Shown here: positions 59,928-64,000 of the stretch, one piece after another
Numbering within the stretch: the first letter of the stretch is position 1
How the letters are laid out: each line of letters begins with the position of its first letter
NCBI RefSeq assembly: GCF_000143415.4
Contig: NW_003314285.1
Location: 1,063 to 65,062 of the forward strand
Direction: 5' to 3'
DNA length: 64,000 bases
From: Selaginella moellendorffii
Lineage: Eukaryota; Plantae; Lycopodiophyta
Position numbers and translations under genes: made by a program
The notes under the pieces: model-generated
Told to the model about the DNA's origin: nothing
What the model saw: only the letters and a program-made list of their open reading frames with translations
Databases searched by the model: none

Positions 59928-62900
59928 ATAGTTTAGCTCTTGTTTGCATGCCTATCCTTGTTCTACGTCTAGCTTGGGTCTAAGCCAAGTTCCTTTCATG
60001 CTAGCTAGTGGAGTACCCATATCCTTGCGTTAGGCCACTGGTATGCTGAAATAGCGCTAAACTATGTTTAGCTCCATTTTGGGTGTTTGTCCTGATATTG
60101 GGATGTTGGATACTCTAGGACTATTCCAAGTTGCTCTATGCTCATATCCTTTCACTCCTTGGGCTGTACACTCGAGAGTCACTCTGTATTTCAGTACCTT
60201 CATTCCTTAGCTCTACACTTAAGAGTTTGGCTCCATTCTTCATTCAGTGGCCCAAGGCCCTGAAATTCAGGTTCCACACCACTATCCTTTGGACACATGG
60301 TATGTGGCACGTGGCACATGTAGGGTTTAGGTTCTGCTTCATGGTTATCCTATGGTAAATCACCATAGGATAAAGGGTAAAAACCACGTGCGCTACAACA
60401 AAAGCTCATATAATATGGTATAAAATGGTACACACCAAAATCCTTACCCAAATACATATGTGAAACCATAGCAACCACCTAGTTAGATCATCATTTTCAT
60501 CTTTACATATGCAATAAAACTAGTTTCTTAATCTCATTAAATAGTTTTTATTGAGATTAATTCTTTGATACCAAATGTAATGCACATGGTTTTAACCTTA
60601 TACCCTATGGTAAATTACTATAAGATAAACCATGGAAATCTAACCCTTGAACATATAGAGCTTAGGCTTAGACTTAAGTTGGATGCAAAAGAAGGACAAA
60701 CACAGACAATGGGGAGTTTGATAATATTTCAGGTTGGATACATGTTTTAGGCTTTCAGCCCAATCCTAAAAGTTAGTCTCTGGGACAAAATTTAAAACTT
60801 ACTAATTATGAAATGTCATTAGATTGTGAATCTAGAAGAAAAAATAACACCATTGTGTTCAAGACATTCTCTACATTCCATAAATATATATAAGTATCAG
60901 ATTTAAACACTTTCTATAAATAGGATTAACATATAAGGCATGATAGCCAGATTTAAGGATTCCATCTAAAGGCCTCCACCACTACTAGATCCCCCCTATC
61001 ATATTCTGGTTGAAGCATAGAAGCCATTTGCCTCTCCATTTAGCAATCTTGCTAGGTGACCTTTGTCCTCAATCAGCAAATGGTGAAGTTTGATGGCCGC
61101 TAGTAAGAGCCTCCATCACATCCAAATAATCACTAAGGTCTGGGTTTTCTTGTTGTTGAAATGGTTTTGGTTGCATGCCTCTCATAAGGAATAGACTTTA
61201 ATAGCTTTTCATATCACATATTGTTCTTGTCTCAGGACTTCCCATACTATGGACCCCAACATTTTTCCCGAGGGGTCCCACCACATATTCATTGCCATTA
61301 CATAGCTCAAGAATGACTTTGGTAAGATGAGCCATGATTAAACCTAAAACTTCATAGCAAAGAAAAAAGGAGAAAGAATAGACAAGAAAATTTTAATCTC
61401 TACCTAACAAGATATAAATCTAGTAAAAAACCTACTCTAAATACTAGAGCTACTAAAGCTAATTGCTAACTACTGCATGAGCTAACTACGAGTGAAGAAC
61501 TAAAGCTAATTGGAGGTGATGGACTCTACTCTGCTCAAACATCAATAAGGTTGATGTGCACAATTAACACCTATTAGCATGATTGTAATTAGGGACTCTA
61601 GAAAAATAAAAAGAAAGTGACTAACCTTTTACGGAACTATTGGAGCATTCACAATAATAGCAACTAGCTTTCCTTATAGAGCTTCCACATTAACTTTGTT
61701 GGGACATCTCTCACCCCTAACCACAACTTCATGACCCCACACACACATTCACACACTCATTACTCCAAGATCAAGTGGGAACCCTAGATTCAGGGCTAAT
61801 ATACAAAGATGAGACCTAGAATATTCCTTATGCTCTCTCAAGATGGAATCAAAGCCGTGATTGTGAGAATGAGATAAGGATGAGCTAGTGCCACAACAAG
61901 CAACCACTAGTGGGATGCTGAGATGCTCCCATATGCTAAAATGTAATGTCTAGAGAGGGTAGTTGTTGAAACAAAGAGAAATAGCAAAAAAAGAAGAGAA
62001 AAAAGCAAAAAATCAAAGTCAAAAGGAATGAGGACAAAAGTAGAAGATGAGAGAGGAGTTTGAAGTTCAAAAACATAGGAAAAATTTAATGGAAAATTGT
62101 ATAATTGAATTAGAGACTCAAGAAAGTGGAAAAAGAAAGAAAATAAAAAGAAAAAAAACAAAAAACCAAATGGAAACAAGCTCAAACCTAGCTCCCACAT
62201 GTTAGAAAGTGAATATGCTAATGCAACCTCAAGCTTATATAGTCTGTGCTCAAAACTTTGACTTAGAATGGAGAAGCATAGAGAATATAATATCTATAAA
62301 TGGATGGCATGAGTAAATGTGTGCAAGGAGAAATTGTGATTTGATGTAGTGAAACTTGAAGTCACAATTACTATTGGACCACTACTTGAAAGGTGGCAAA
62401 TTACTTCACTTCTGAGTTGAGCTGGAATAAAAGGGTGTCACCTCTATTGTCTACACCTCTAAAAGCACCTAGGTGCCCACTACAATTAGGATCTCTTGAT
62501 GGAAGAAGAAATCAACTCCAAAGAATGGAAAGTAACAACATGTAACTAGTCCATTGAATATCTTGCATATTGTGCATGAAAATGTCTTATTTTTTGTTGT
62601 TCTTGTTTGGAATAGCCTTTATGATGAAGTGATGTCCCAAAGTTTTGGTCTAAGGTTGTAGTGAATGGTGGAAAATATGTATGAAGTGATTGGGTATGTG
62701 TAGCGAGAGATGGGCAATGGTGGTGTCAGTGTGGAATTATATTTTGGACTGTGGATGATGTAAAGTGATGATGAGAATGTGAGGATGTAAGTGATGTAAA
62801 GAAAGAAGCCAAAGATTTTGAGAACAAACCAGCAAGAGTTGAGGAGTCTTTATACAATCGGTAATGCAATTAGAGCATGTTCACCATGGAAAGAAACTTG

Positions 62901-63820
62901 CTCCACATGATTCTTTAGCTTGGAGAAATGTGGAAGAAGAATGAGAGCAGAAATCAAAGCAACAAAAAACAAAGAAATTAGAAAAATGAGTGAAGATGGA
63001 AAGATTTCACCATTGGAAGAGAGTGTAGTGCAAGTGGCTTTTGTGATGAGTGATAATGATAGAAGCAGTTTACAAGGATGCAAGGTATCTTGTGGAATGC
63101 CGCTGAAACTGGCTAAGTTGTCCTCAAGTGTTGGATTGTATTGAGAATGTTTGAGGTGGCAAATAGTGTTACTGCAAGAGAATCCTAGGCTGAGATGCTG
63201 CCTGGAAGGGTAAAAGCCTTCTCAGAATGGTAGAAATTTTCTCCAAACTACAAAAGAAGTTATCGTGTGTCACTGGTGAAGATCACATTAGTGGCTGGGT
63301 GAAGTGTCAACAGCCTCTAAAAATGCCTTGAGTGTTGTAGTAGGATGAAGTTATGACCCAGCCATAAACCTAACTTTGGGAAGAGCTGGGAAGAGGTGCC
63401 AAGTTTGGAGAGACTCCAAGAAAAAGTTGAGATGTTGCTAAAAAATCTCTACCACCTTTGCATCTTGGTCATGTCCCAAGTGAGTAGCAAGGCTAGATTG
63501 CAACTCTACAATGAGAAGCATCACTAAGCTGGCAAGTCAAAAGTGTGCTCAAAGAGAGTGAGGAAGTTTTGCTCTCCAAAGTGTTGTTGATGCCTTGTGA
63601 CCTTGCTTCATTAACAGCTCTAAAGATGCCATGTACCATGTGAAAATGCTTCATCTCAATGCTAAGATCATGTAGAGGACTTTGAGGAAGGTTGTGAAGA
63701 AATCCAAGGTCAAAAGTCTCATTTTGAAAAGGCATAAGCATGTTGCCCATCAAGCTCCCAAGATTGCATAGTAAAGTGCATGCATCTTGGAAGATTTCTT
63801 GCAAAAGAGAGGTTAGTATA

Positions 63821-64000
63821 GGGGGGGGGGGGGGGGGGGGGGCCCCTATGGTTTTTCCCCTGGGAAAAAAGGTTAAAAACTTTTTAATTGCTACAAAAAC
63901 CCCCCCCAGTCTTTTTTTGGAGGAAATTGGAGTTGGCTCCCCCCCAAAAAAAAAGTATTTTAAAAAAAATTCCCTTTTCCCCCAAACCCTAAAACCCCCC
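63821..64000. other. Poly-G run and homopolymer-rich tail, likely low-quality read or contig end
   Basis: G22 followed by successive homopolymer runs. Confidence 0.7.

Larger units (their letters stand above)
55930..60410 (+). repeat. Two direct copies of an older host repeat (55930-56389 + 58114-58200; 58570-58626 + 59928-60410), each interrupted by a solo LTR
   Basis: The flanks of each LTR rejoin to match the uninterrupted part of the other copy, e.g. 'caacctaagatatagtttagctcttg' vs 'caacctgaggcatag|...|atagtttagctcttg'. Confidence 0.75.

Noticed and set aside
60400-63820. Probable additional TE coding remnants
   Set aside because: AT-rich and decayed; no diagnostic motif could be assigned with confidence.
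63821-64000. Poly-G as G-quadruplex or telomere-like sequence
   Set aside because: The pattern is typical of sequencing-quality collapse after a homopolymer at a contig end.

Overview
Eukaryotic plant genomic DNA, most likely a lycophyte such as Selaginella. This is an inference from very short (~45-60 nt) introns, tightly packed GC-rich gene islands and many intronless PLS-class PPR genes. Gene islands (about 11.7-26.4 kb and 31.3-53.4 kb) alternate with AT-rich, CpG-poor blocks of decayed transposons (about 0.8-11 kb, 26.4-30 kb, 53.6-64 kb). Recognisable genes: a duplicated UDP-glycosyltransferase + SABATH methyltransferase pair with lesions in every copy, an EPFL4/5/6-type signalling peptide, LUC7, a pectin methylesterase, four DYW-less PLS-E PPR proteins, an orphan 396-aa ORF, cytosolic Trp-tRNA synthetase, a euANT AP2 factor with the 9-nt VYL microexon, and a MATH/TRAF protein. 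The most notable structures are the duplicated UGT-SABATH module (possible tailoring-enzyme cluster), PPR genes starting 54-130 bp from neighbouring coding sequences, and two same-family solo LTRs in opposite orientation forming a ~3.5-kb fold-back. No prokaryote-type features (CRISPR, rRNA, tRNA) were found. All alignments and exon boundaries were read by eye.
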